Shown: positions 13,801 to 27,300 of the stretch, piece after piece | Layout of the letters: every line of letters starts with the position of its first letter | Position numbering within the stretch: the first letter of the stretch is position 1 | Assembly (NCBI GenBank): GCA_040954595.2 | Contig: CM082593.2 | Coordinates: 5,349,434-5,413,433, forward strand | Direction: 5' to 3' | Origin: Balanoglossus misakiensis | Taxonomy: Eukaryota; Animalia; Hemichordata | DNA: 64,000 nucleotides | The notes under the pieces: model-generated | What the model saw: the letters and a program-made list of their open reading frames with translations, nothing else | Databases searched by the model: none | Told to the model about the DNA's origin: nothing | Translations under genes and position numbers: made by a program

Positions 13801-16800
13801 CGATATAGTTGAAGCTTACAATAATATAATTGGTTACGATGAGTACAAGAATAAGTTTGAACCAACTGAGCATGTGCCAACGTGCTTGGCAATGAAAGCG
13901 CGACCATGACTATATTTAGAGGATATGCTATTGTCGGAACTAACCAGAGCTGACAAATATATACAGGGTCGTGTTGAATATTTAAGATAAAATGCAGGTA
14001 TACTGGTATCATTTTACGCCATGGAATAAACATTGAGCACACAATATGGGCATTATTTGTGTTGAAATACATGATAAGAAAATAGACTGTTTTGGCTGTC
14101 AGAAAATTTGGCGCATGACGCCCACGTCCATTGCTCCCTTTCCCTGCAAAACGCGATCAGTAACCATGGTTTTGTGGAGTTCTGGGTGTTGATTGAGCAA
14201 CGCACTTTTCCCTGCCTATACCACGTATCAATACCGACTTGAACTCGATCGCAGCTCAGGCACGTACGGTTTGGGTTTGGGTACAGGCAATAGCAATATC
14301 GCTGCATTGTGCCAAATGATTGATGGAATACAGTGTCTGCGCACGCATATTCAATCTGGCTTCAGCTTTCACTCACACGTAAACACTTGCGCGCGGCAGA
14401 CGTATTTTAATCACAAGTGGGGCGCTTCCGTCGAAGTTTACACGAGCAATTTCGGCTCGCCGCGCGATCTATTGTTCAGCTTAAACAGCTGGCAAAGCTT
14501 TGCCTGACCCCTGGGTGACATGTTCGAGACTGTTTTCATTAAGCCTCAAAAAGGCAGACAGCATTGCTAGCATGGAAGAATAGTGTAATATTCACAAAAT
14601 GGCGTTTTAGGGCTTTGCTGTTATACAATGACGGACGTTGATGCAAAATGCATTTCTGCGAATTCTCGCACTTCAGTGGACTTCGTGCCTTCGACAAACG
14701 GCGTTCTGATTAACAAGGGGGGAATTCTGGGAAGTCAAGATGCCTTCTGTCGCCGCTGCATTGTGGATTTAAAGACGCAATGACGTGAAGTTGTCAGTTG
14801 AAAGGAAATTGTTCGATCTGTTTCCTGAGGCGCTTGATTACGAAACATTTGCGAGTAGAAGTGCTTGAAATGACACGCCTAATATTAATACACCCTCCGG
14901 AGTCGTTACTGAGCAACTGCGTCCACATTCGCACTTGTCACATCTTGCAGAGGAGCTAAAATCAACAGCAATTAATTAGCCATTGACGTTTTATCACCTC
15001 CTTTTGATCAAGTGTAGTCAGTTTTATCATCGAAATTGGCGCTCATTCGATATGGGTCGTTTGGCGTCTTGGCTGCATCTAACTGATGTGTTTTTATAAG
15101 ATCCTCCGTTTTTCTTATTTTTCTAAATAAAATGGTTCCACAAAAGCAAAATTGATACGACAAAAATTAAAAATAAAGCTTGACATAACTGTCTTCTCGC
15201 TGTCTGTTCCCTGCAGTGGCATCCAGTCTGAAATTACGACATATTTCAGATACATAATTTTTTTTAAATCGGCATTTTGGTCAGGACTCTCTTTTATGGG
15301 CACTGTTATCTCAAGATAGTAACCTAACATTTTCTGTGTTAACGCAAGATGCTGTCGAGTAAATCAGCGAGGTTGCAAGACCAGAAGGCAGAATTGACGT
15401 CGTGTCAAGCGCTTAACAACGTAAATGAGAAGAACTGCAAGTGACGTCATTGAAAGTATCCCAGCGGGAACCGACAGCACGACCGCGCTGTCTTGGGATG
15501 CAATCTTCCAATGCCCTGGAGATTAAAACGACAAACCATCTCGACTGCGGGACTGATAGCAACAGCTTCAATTATCCCTTTACTTTTAAACCGTTTACGA
15601 GTAATGAGGTTCCCGTATGCTCAGCTGGCCCGGCGCAGAGTTTAAGATAGTATTACGCATTGCTCAGGTTGGAATACCTGTCATCACTCAAGTCTTTTAA
15701 AAATGGTAACTATAACATAAATACCGTGCTTGTCGCAACTACTGCAGATATAAACGTTGGTCAATTATTCTGAATATTATTCATGGAGTTGTATATATAC
15801 TGAGATCTTGGTATTTTTAAAGGAGTTTACGAGGCACTTCCGAAAGATACCGTATTTTGTGATATCTTTTCAACAATGAAACACTTAAATGGATTGTGCA
15901 CTATGAAGCTTACTGCTCAACTGACTGAGTAATGTTGACTTTACGAGACCAGTAAAAGCCATGACCATTCCTGGAAACGATCTGCTTATATATCCCACGT
16001 CTTAAAGGGACGCACCGCTTACAGACTAGTTCAAAACAGGAAAGCACTTCGCCTCATTGCTCCGTGCAAAGGCAAAATATCATATATCACAAGCGAGCAC
16101 TGAAGCAATCTCTAAAAAAACCAAGTTAACAGTATTTGCTCCGAGCACACATCATAGAGATGTACTACATCATTAAAAATTAATATGCCAATAGTATACA
16201 GTGACAACCTGTGCCATGTACGTTGCTGTTTAATTCATTATTAATTAAAGTGCACTTTGGTCTTTTTTCTAACATTTACGGACTACAAACAAATGGTTGA
16301 AAAGGTTGCCCCTGGGCGCCGTAATTGCCTCGGACACTTCCCATTGTACTTGATCAGTAGTGTGTGAAATAAACTATTTTCCGAACTCCAACAGTCCCTA
16401 CGAGATCTAACTTAGCTATAAACGGTTTATGGGGGGGTGTCTATAGCTAAGGTAATTACCCAAGTCTCGCCACATCTCGCGAGAAAATCATCTATTGTAT
16501 GATTCGTCAGACTTGACCACAAGTGGATTTTGGCTTACATCTCAACAGTATTTGTGTAACACGGCACACTTAGATGTTTCGGCACATTCAGAAGTTGCAA
16601 ACCTGCAACGCATAATTCTAGACTCCTGTTCAATAGAGTGTTGTAATAAAATGAACGATTGGGTGTTGGAATTAAAACCACACGGCGCGGTATAAACAGG
16701 TTACCTTCGCCATTGACAGTTTCTGAAAGTTTATCCCGTCGGCCGAGAGAAGTTAATCATGCTATTTTGTGCAGCAACGATACATAAGGCCAATCACTGA

Positions 16801-19800
16801 GCTATGTATAGAATGCATAAGACGTGCCTCGCGTCCATTAAGTCTGTCGTGACACTCGCGTCTGAGTCCTTGCAAAACACTACTGTTCACACAATGGACC
16901 GTAAACGGTAGCTTGGGGAACGCGAAGAATCGATGAATTGCCAAGGCAGATGCGACCAAAATTAAGGAAGCTATCATATCTAAATATATTACATCCATGG
17001 ATAGGTCGGGGTTTTTTCCTACACGAATCTGGGGTGAAATGAAGCAAAAAGTAACTCTTTACATTACGTTGCTGAAGTCAAACTTTCATTGTCTGTATGC
17101 GAGAGCATAAACAGTAAAATAAATAAAAATTACCATGCAGATTAAATTATTTTGATAAATCACAGTTGGCAGGAATTGACAGCAATGAACCGGTTATCAC
17201 CAGTACTAAGTATATTGAAATACATTAATAAATGTTTCATTTTCCAGCCATCAATCGAGAGTACCTATTAACGTCCTGATGTTACCTAAACTTGATATTT
17301 TGATCATGGTTCACAAAAGGCTTGTGGGATCTTATGTTCGTAGCATTACAAAAAAGTGTTTGTTTTTCATGAAATGAAAATGGAACTAACATACGATCAT
17401 TACAGTCACGTGCTTCCTGGTTTTTCAAAAAGAATCTTGCAATTACTGTGTTAACTGTTCAAACAGGTACAGACTTGCCTGCGTGACTGTTAATGTAGGC
17501 TAACATTACGACAGCGACAATGTTAACAGCGGCCAACAAGTAACAATTTATGGTAAATATGAAAATTAAACATGGTCATAGTATCGGGGTTAGTCTTCGC
17601 GGGGGGCACACATGTATGATTGACGTAATTGCTCGGTTGTCGTGATTCCAACCCTTCAGTGTTTCTTGTGTGCATTAGGCCTCCGCGTGTAGCCCGAGGC
17701 GTTCTTCCCAGCGTGCATTTAATTTGCGGATAACACTTTGACAAGTCAACAGGTATCAAGCGGCACTATCACTGAGCAGACGACAGCCACTCGTAGTTTC
17801 GGCGCCACAAGGCATATTGATTCCATTTTTAGAAACACATGATTGCGACTTTATGTGCGGCTATATTTGAAACACGGCGACTCTCACGGTCGGTTATTGC
17901 GGCTACAAGAATAATGACAACGCAGCGACGATTGTAATAAAACAACATAGCAGGTACACCGCTGATATTGGGACACTGCCGAAAATACATCTCGTAAAAA
18001 TCGTCACTCCGTCTGCAGTGCGCACTTCTTAAGCTTCGCCATCAAAATGTAATAATAACCGTCACTAGAGTGAACGACATTTTCCATTAACATGGAAAGA
18101 TACAAGTCTATCGAAGTAAATTATTTAAGAACTTAATGCGCTCTAAGTAGCTGCTTTATGCATGAACGAAATGAAACCAAAACCGAAGAAAGCTCTGAAT
18201 GTATACGCACGGGTGCAATTTATTCCGGCATAATCTCAAACAAGAATGTTGGAAATTACGCTTTCTCTGTTATAACACTCCAGCAGGCAGTCATTATGGT
18301 AATAATTTCCCTCCTGGCGTATTATCTACAAAGGATCATGGCATTAAGGTATTATATAGCCCCTGAAAATACGCGTCTGAGGCTGGTTATCGAAAAGATG
18401 ATTCTTCTAATATTAAGGACATAATTAAGGGTCACGTAAGCTGAATGTAACGTTCCAGGTCAACAGTATACATAACATGCACAAGTATAAGGCTTATAGA
18501 ACAAGAAGCCAACATCGCCTGTATAATTGTCCAAACCCTTGAACCTTACAATACATCACAAAATCGCCTTGAAATGTTTTTTACTCAGTGTCAATGCAAT
18601 ATGGACGTTTACATAAGTGTCACATACTGACTTCATATGTTAATGTGTTTTCATTTAGGTCCTACACCATCTATCTCGATTCAGTTTGCGGGCATGTGTC
18701 TGGGTATATACACCCTCTACTATGCCAATTCTCCCTGTCTTAAATAGGTTTTAAGCTACCTAAGTGAGTGATGAAAATCTCATATGGTCGACACATCGTC
18801 TTTTTCCTCAAGCGCTTTTTTTTAAGATCTTTGTCACTGAGCACTGCGATCCTCACGTATTGGCGTCTTCATTGTAAACCGTTTCTTAACAACCGTTGTT
18901 CACCCTTCCTGGTTTCGCCGCTCTTTGCAAGGTTATCAACCGCGACTGGGGACTAGGGGGTCGTGCTGCTCTTGATACGACGTAATACACCTCCGTTATT
19001 ATTTCTCTTGAGTATATATGCCGCGATAATTGGTTTCTACTGCTCTGTTCTTTTTTACAGGATACATTACCCATCGCTGCTGGGTAAGGGAGAAGCAATG
19101 GGAACGGAAAGTGCCTTGCTCAGGGGCGCAACATCCGGGCATTAAACCGCATTCCTTCGAGAGCGAGTTAGTTCGGCACCCTCGCCACTTTTGAAAAATT
19201 GATATTGTAATCAAAAAGTAGTCGCCTATAGGGGTGAGAATAACGCGAAATGTATTGCTACTGTTACTTCTAGTACGGTTTCCAAGGTTTAATCCCTTCA
19301 TTGCTCCGCGTGCAAGAGTGGTATGTCTCGCAGCAATGTTTTGGCTAAGACTTTATTCTTAGAAACTTTAACCGTTTTCCGAACTCCACGAGACCCTGCG
19401 AGATTTCGCGTGACTAGCAATCTATATGGGGGTTGGGGAATTCACGTGATACAGGACAAACAACACACAGCACATCGTGTTCAACGGCACAAAAGTTGCA
19501 ATTCGTATTCTAATTTCATACAAAGCATTACTTGCCTACCAACCCGTTGCTACGGTCATTAACCAAGTCTCGCGGGATCTCGCAATGGGCGGAACTCATC
19601 CATTCCAAACCATCAGTTCTCGCTGGAAGGCCGTCACACACCTTTTACTACTGAAGGAGCCTTTTTACAACACGTACTCAAGCAAAGTGTGTAAATAATT
19701 GAAGAATTTTAGTTGTACGAAAATATTTACCCGCGGCGAATTTACTCCTCAATGATTTCAGTCAATACTGTGTAAGGACCGTTACGCCGGGACAGTAAAG

Positions 19801-22800
19801 AAAATATAACGACCTTTATTTCGTTATACGAGCCAACAAAATTGATTTCTTTTCAAAAAGAAATTCGGATTTTTATTTCTGATCGATCGGAGGGAAAGAT
19901 CTACTCCCAAATACAAAAAGACCGCTGTCCTACGGTTCCAAACAAGTCCAAATGCAAACAATGGTTTGGAAGTACCATCTGGTTGATTTGCTTTTCGTCA
20001 GCGTTTGAACTAGGCGACCTTTGAGGGGTACGTATTCACCGCTTTTATGCTGATATTTTCTTTCGATATGTAATTATAACGTACCGAGCACCTCATAAAT
20101 GCTGAACTGATTTTCCAACCACTTTGAAGCACAGAATTTAATTTAAGCCACGATCTTATTAAAGCGTATAGAAAATGGAACACCAAGCATTTGCACATAA
20201 CATACACACGAATACATGTACTTTGGGAAATTATAAACTTGCTTTTTTGTGTGTGAAAGGATGAACATTGCAATGTATTATTATTTTGTTATCCAAACCA
20301 CCAACACAAGTCTATGTACTGGGATGATTTCAGAACTTTCATTTGTGAAATTCTGTCCCTGAGGTTTGTTTATAATGTCTATGGTTTAGCGTAGTTCGCT
20401 TCGTAATTGATGGAAAGGGTATAGCAACTAATTGTATTATAAGTTATTGAGCGATATTTTGAAGCATTAAGTCTAGCTTATATTACAGTTACTTCATGGG
20501 TCACTGGTATCACATTACATTGTACTCTATGAATTTAATAACAGAGGGTTTCTCAATGAATATGGTAAAGATGGGGAGGGGGAGGGGCGTGTAGGGGACC
20601 TTGCCTATACAGCCCCTCAGTGCCTATACACAGTCACGCGGTGTTGATTTGCACAAAGGGTGAGGTGCACCATGGGAGTAATTAGTACTAACGTCATAGT
20701 ATTAACAACCATATGAGATCGTCTAATTTTTAATTGATGAGCTAGGGATGGCTGCACGACATGGTGTTTTACACGCAATCTTCACCACTCATTTTATCGG
20801 CCGGCGGTTATCGTAAATCACGAAGACGAAGTTTATCGCAAAAAATCACCAAACGTTTCTCGCACAATCGAATGATAAAATGAAGGAGTACTAATGACGT
20901 TTTCTCGCCATATGTCTGGGTGCGATCTGTATCACTCTCACGACGTAAGCGTTTTAACAGCTATATATATTTGTGTCATCAACTTCACCGAGCCACTGTG
21001 TTACGTAGGACGAGGCGCGAAACGGGAAAAAAATCAGATTTGAAAAGGTGTGTCACGTTCCAACGAGTGTTTATAAGCGTGTGCAGACTTCTCATATATA
21101 ACAAACCCGACTGACGTCACAGTGTATGTTGTATTCGAATTTATACATAGGTTGCCTAATACGATTTTACGATTGTGTCTTTTAAATACCGATTATTCAC
21201 TTAATTACCACGCCACAAACAGACCATTCGGGTTGTTTTCACTGCAAAATCGATAAACGTACGGTTGAAATGTTTGAATGGAAAGCTTGAATGTATAGGG
21301 AAGAAATGGTTTGGTGAATATTTTGCTTGAGCTTTCGAAGGAGAGTTGTGACTACGATTTCCTATGGCGTCTCAGACCAGTTCTGATTAATTTCCGATTT
21401 GAATGTGTTGGGTCATTGCCGCAATGTGGACATGGTTTCAGAAGCGAGAACAATTCATTACGGGAGCGCCTGACAGGTAAGAGAAAACGACTACTGAAGC
21501 AAGCAGGTTGTTTAAGGTGGGATTTCCACTAAGATCTCACCTAATAAAATTGCACGTATCTTGTTTAAAGGTGATCACACACTGGCGACTTCTCATTGGG
21601 AACGTTTTATATTACACTGGGCTGGTGGAGAATGTTTCAATTGGGAACCATGACAGTTTCATACCTCGAAAATCGGCCATAATTCTGTCGGCACCATTGT
21701 ATGAAGTAAAATTACCAATTAATCAAACACGCTACTGCAGCTAAGCAGAAACCCTATCTCAATTAGCTCGTCTCATTCTCATAGCCAACAACCGTAACAC
21801 AATTATTTTTATAATTCATATAATGAATGCAAAGAGATGACGTCAACGCGGACTGAATTAGTTTTGATACTGGCCTAAAAGGCAATATTTAGACTTAGAA
21901 TTATAAGGGAGTCTTGTTTTGTATGTCTACATCTAAACCGGTATTTCAGTAGATTGGCGTGCGACACAATGGAATATACTTCTGCATTGACCTCGTCTCA
22001 TTTTTTCGCGTCTAATCCACGGAGAATGACAGCGGGATTTTCAAAGACTGCCACCTGAAAAATTCAGTACACATCCTTCAAACGTGAAAAAAAGATGGTT
22101 AAGTTAGCTAGACCGTAGCTACTCACTATTGTTGCGGAAAAATTACACTGTAATCGGTTTAAATTCCAGTGAAAGAAGTATTCGAAAAAGTCCTTCTTAA
22201 CAAATACAACAAAACACACGGCAGCCGACGCCACGTCTTCGGTACACTCCAGTTTGATATCACCTGTCATCTGGTTCGATGTAGGAGGACTAAACTTTTG
22301 CGCAATTGCATTCAAGTTTTATCAGAGCTCGCGCATATATTTCGCGCGCAATGCCAGCAAAGGCAAGTGATTCCCTCCAACGTTTCCCTTATACGCCTTT
22401 TTCAAAAAAAAGGACTCCCTTCCAAAACATGGCGTCATCTCCAAGCCGACGACGCGAAAACGAGGCCAGCAGGTCACTGCCCGAGCTCGTCTGGTTTGTT
22501 GTATACATGATACAAGTTGCGTTGGACGATACACAAGACGATAAAGTTTTCACTCTGTGACTTTCTGGCCTCGTTTTCGCATGCATCGTCTTGGAAGGGC
22601 GCCATCTTTCGTAAATCAAGCGGGAACTATGTCATTGACAATGATTGCCGCTACGTGTATATGGAATTGTAAAAAAAAAAGGATTCCCCCGGAGGAATCC
22701 CAGACGTGTTTCCATAAGGAGATTACACGGCTTCAACACACCATTTTCAAATGTCAACTGTCATGGAATGTCCTCCCGTTTTTCTGTTTGTCATGTGTGG

Positions 22801-23063
22801 GATGAACACTGCCGTAAAAAAGCTCGGCCTCAATCTTGCTAACGGCGTTGTTACAATTTTAACATCTGGAGAGTCCTTTGAACAGACGCTCCTCACGCCC
22901 GGTTATGAGAACGTTGTGTTTAATTTAAAAGTTCGACCCGATCGGGAATTCATTTGAAACCCCCTAAACTCGCATGCACATTGTGCAACGAGCGACTTTT
23001 CCATTATGCATCATAGTGGATGTAAAAGCTTACGGCAAATTGTACATCTACAGCAGCTCTTAC

Positions 23064-24312
23064 CTGTCGAAGGGCGAGTCACGACGCTGGGCATTATCCG
23101 GGTGCTGGCGGTGGGTTTCAATACGTTGCTTACGGACTGTTTAGTATGCGTTGGCATGCTTCGAGTCGCATGACCTGCGGTTAATCCCAGACTCATGGTA
23201 TCCGTTGACGGACTAGGTTCCGTGAAATAGGCCGTGCTGTGATTGCTCGGCCGGGGTGTCGGCAATGGAGGCGTGGGGATCAAGGTGTTGATTGTACTCA
23301 TCCGGACAGTAGGTGGGGGTACCGCCGCAGTTGTGGGCGTGGCGCTCCGCGTGGTATATGCGCCCGTTTCCTGCTGCGAGGTCACAGAAGCTTGCAAATG
23401 CTCGGTGTCCCTCCTGTCCATAGTAGCACCTGTCGACGCAGAGTCGAGTGTTTCTGAATTCCGGGGAGCGGCCGGTGACCGCGATGGCATTGGCGGGGTT
23501 TCGGATACACCTGCCGTGCTCGGAATAAAGCTGTGCGTCCGCGGCACTTCTGACGGTACCAGCGGGTTCGAACTCTGATATATTCCCTCGGAGCTGGCGG
23601 ATAGAAAACTTGGCGATGTGTGTGCGTCACTGCCGCGAGCGCTCCGATCCATAAATGAATCCACTTCGCTGGAAACTGAAGACGTTGCCAATCCTATGGC
23701 ATTTCCGCGTGTCTCTCTTTTCTGTCTTAGTGACTTCATGACAGACGATGATGACAAGGCCAGAGATGGTGATGGTGATATTATGTCACCGAAGACACTC
23801 TCGTCTGTATGTAAAGAGTCTCCGGCGTGACGGGATGAGAAGCCCTGTAAGCTACCGCTTTGTCTGTTGAGCCGTTCGGAGCTCGCAACTAGTACTGTTT
23901 CACTGATATTTGGTTCGGCTGTTTTTTGAGCGAGATTTCTCGAGCTGAGCAGCGCAGGCATTGCCGTTGGTTCAACTCCAAGTTCGCTCGACCGCAGCAA
24001 GACAGCCGAGTGCGCGCTGACCCCAGATCCGTCGGAAGGCGCGTAGTGGCGATCACTTTTTGTCGGCAACCAGCGTTTTGGAGATCTCGCTGTAAATATT
24101 TCCGTTGGCACGACCGGGGACGGTTCCGTCACTTTGGCAGCGGTGATGGAGGTGTCAAGGAAAGCGCCGAGGCTGGTCTGAGAGCGCAGCCTGCCCGTCG
24201 CAGGCGCACACACAGGCACGGCGAACGTTGCTAACCATAGGGCAACGCGGAACATTCTCGTGAGATCCACATTACCTTGCCAACCAGTCGGATGAAGCGC
24301 CCGAGCGACCAT
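23064..24312 (-). CDS. First coding exon of a mucin-like (S/T/P-rich) secreted or type I membrane protein
   Basis: Long ORF with good Kozak context (caccaccgATGG) and signal-peptide-like MFRVALWLATFAVPVCA. The body is S/T/P-rich and contains RQKR. Donor CAG|GTAAG after 23064 (1249 nt, phase 1). Confidence 0.75.
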
Positions 24313-27300
24313 CGGTGGTGAGAGGAAAAACCGCCGAAATAAATCAGCTCGCCATCGCCGTTGTCGTCAGTCCAGAGCACCGTGTGTGCACACAGCCCGC
24401 GAACTTCGCATCACAACACGACAAGAGACGATGAACTCCAGTGGCACGATGTGCCTGTATTTCGTACGTGCCGCCGATGTCGATCAGCTAACTCATTCCG
24501 AAAGCGATGTGTAACGAGACCCCCTAAGCTGGTCAAAGAATGCCCGTATTTGCAGTGAATAAGTTATCGCGGCATTGCCCGTATTCTGTCGTGGTCGCCT
24601 GACTTGAAATGAGCTAAAGATACTTACTTCAGCCAATAAATATGATGTATGTGATCTCCTTTAACAAGGGGCGTGTATATATTTTGAAATGAACAAAAAA
24701 ATGTGCGGGTATGGTCTCTCGTGTGGGCTGTTTGTGACGGATAAACATCCGTCCTCAGTCGCTAGGCCTTGAACTGGCATAGGTGCAAACTAATGGCTTT
24801 GGGGTTTACAGGATGACACAGATGGTAATTTTGTCCCTTTGGCATTCATTGTAATAAGTTTTGTGAACCCATTATTAATACATGTACAGCTTCACCGACT
24901 TCTGTTAATTACCCCCATATGAATTTCCTTTGTTATTCGTGCTGTATATGTCCTACGTGTTTGTGGATTCCGCGTTAATTACTATACAATCGCAAAGAGG
25001 CAAGTTCAATTCATGCACGCGTGTGTCCATTTGAGTGATTGGGTCACTGAACATTAATTAACGCTATAGTAGGTAATTAGCTATTGTTTAATTGTGTAAG
25101 ACAATACAAAGTGTTTCCAGTACGCCAAACGGATCTACCAGATATACAAATTGAACTTTTGACAACCAGTTATCTTGGCTGACTGCTACAACCGCCCAAC
25201 AGATACCAGCAAAGTTTATCAAAACTGTACAGTGACATCTAAATATTTCTGTTGCGAAAGTGAATTGAAACAGTGCTGTATTTTTTCAAGCCGATCGTTC
25301 GACGGTGATTGACAGATTTGCATACATTTCCATATGAAACGGTTAATCGAGTCCTGACGCGTCAAACGAGCAAATACGCAATGTCAATATTTCAAAAATA
25401 CAACGTTTTGTATTCAAATAATGCATGTGCAATTACATATACTCTATCGATATGACAATAGCCACGACTGCGTTTTGTTTGTTTTATAACATTCACTGAC
25501 ACGGCGTCACCCTGAAATCGAGGTCAATGCCGACATATTGTTAGCTGTTTTGTCTAACTTGTCATTCATATTTTTACCAACCGTGAGGTCAATGCTGTAG
25601 TGGTATTTTGGGGCGAAATAACCTTGAACTTTGAGCCTCTTGATCACAGAATTTTAAATATTTTCGTCGATAGCATAAATTTTGTGACTGTCAAAATTAC
25701 CTCAATTTTTTTTTGGCACGAACCTGCTTCATCTGAAGTGACAATCGATCAAATCAGTGTTTTAATTTATCTCAAATCATTCCACCTGTGTGAGTCTGCA
25801 TCATGGTGGTATATTTAATTAGCACATACAATGTACCATCACCCCAAATTTAAATAATGAACAATAGAGCCGTACCCACCACCTGCATATGGATACAACC
25901 TGCACAAATTAAAGTATGCCATCTGTGGTTTGGTGGATAAACATGGCCGCTTCGATGACGTCACCAATGAAACCGCAGTGAGGACATTTAGATTAGATAG
26001 AGACTGAACTAGTTTACACACAGCTACCCAGAGTAGAACAAGAAACCAGAAGAAATGGGAGAAAAATATTGAAAAAATGACCAAAAGTTAGAGTTACAGG
26101 GGCTTTTAAACAAACGACACATTCGGCTCCTCCGAACTTCTGCCCAGCGACCTTTTGGTAATTAACGTGTGACATTTCCATTGTTATGAATGATGGACTC
26201 GTCCACCTGCCTACGTGTTGACATTTTCGTTGAAAGGATAATGCATTTCATTAAAATGATGGGAAATTGCTTTTGATGTTAAAGAATTTGTCACCCATAG
26301 CGCGTTGCAGAATATGGATATGTCATCACATTGGGTCAATAATAATCGAAAATGCGTGAACAAACACTAGGCTGGATGCTATAGAGTTTGTGTAGCATTA
26401 TCTATCCCGCTCTTCACCTCGCTTCGCTTCCAGTCAGCAATCGTTCTGACACCTGGCTTGTTTCAGTTTCAAGGCTCCGTAAATCAATTGTTTGATTTCT
26501 GAATGATCGATATTACGACAGTTTTTAATACTTGCCAGGTACACACTTGAAACGGTTATAGATCGAGTTCGTATAAGCGTACGCGTCATCTACTGTTTTG
26601 CTACACTCGGGAAAGATCACCCACAACCCGTAGGCCGTGTTGGAAATCGATAATAACTCGGGCGTTTCCACTGTCCGTCTATGCACTGCCTCCAAATATT
26701 TACACTGGCCTCTCGTGAGATAGCAAGCAGGTGTTGACTTTAATAACATTACGTGTAATTTTCCCAAAGACTAAAACGCCAGAACTGTGCACCATATACA
26801 CATCTTACAACAATATGAAATGGAAAAAGTCTCATTATAAACGCGACATCAACCTAAAATGACCTTATCCCATATTTAAAAGTCGATGTACATGTTTTCT
26901 TCAGTCAGAACATTACTTCAGATGCCTGCTGTGCTATCGACTCACCTCTTTCGCGATGAAATCAACCGATGTCGATAGCAGACTTAATTGTCGTATAAGA
27001 ATCGACAAAAAGCACCAAAATATGAAATTTGAGAATCTACATCAGCAATATTAACCAAGACATACATTAATTAAGGTTACTTTTTCTGCGTTAGATTGCG
27101 CGCAGAGTTCAACCGTGCTATGGCGGTGGCGATCAATCCCACAGCATCACTCGACATCTTTCAAAAAGCCGAGCCAACCATCTGTACAAAAATGGTGCAA
27201 TGTGGCGTGGTTATTGAAAACTCTCTTTGGACATTACAACTTCACACACAACAGACGCCATTTAAAATGTTGCAGTAACACCGACCAAACGCCGTAAGCT

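Noticed and set aside
22064-22957. Cluster of overlapping short ORFs suggesting a decayed transposon (MADF/Harbinger-like CIWN segment)
   Set aside because: No catalytic motif, TIR or TSD could be identified by eye.
23239-24234. Several plus-strand ORFs of 70-111 aa
   Set aside because: Antisense shadows of the GC-rich minus-strand exon, with no independent motifs.
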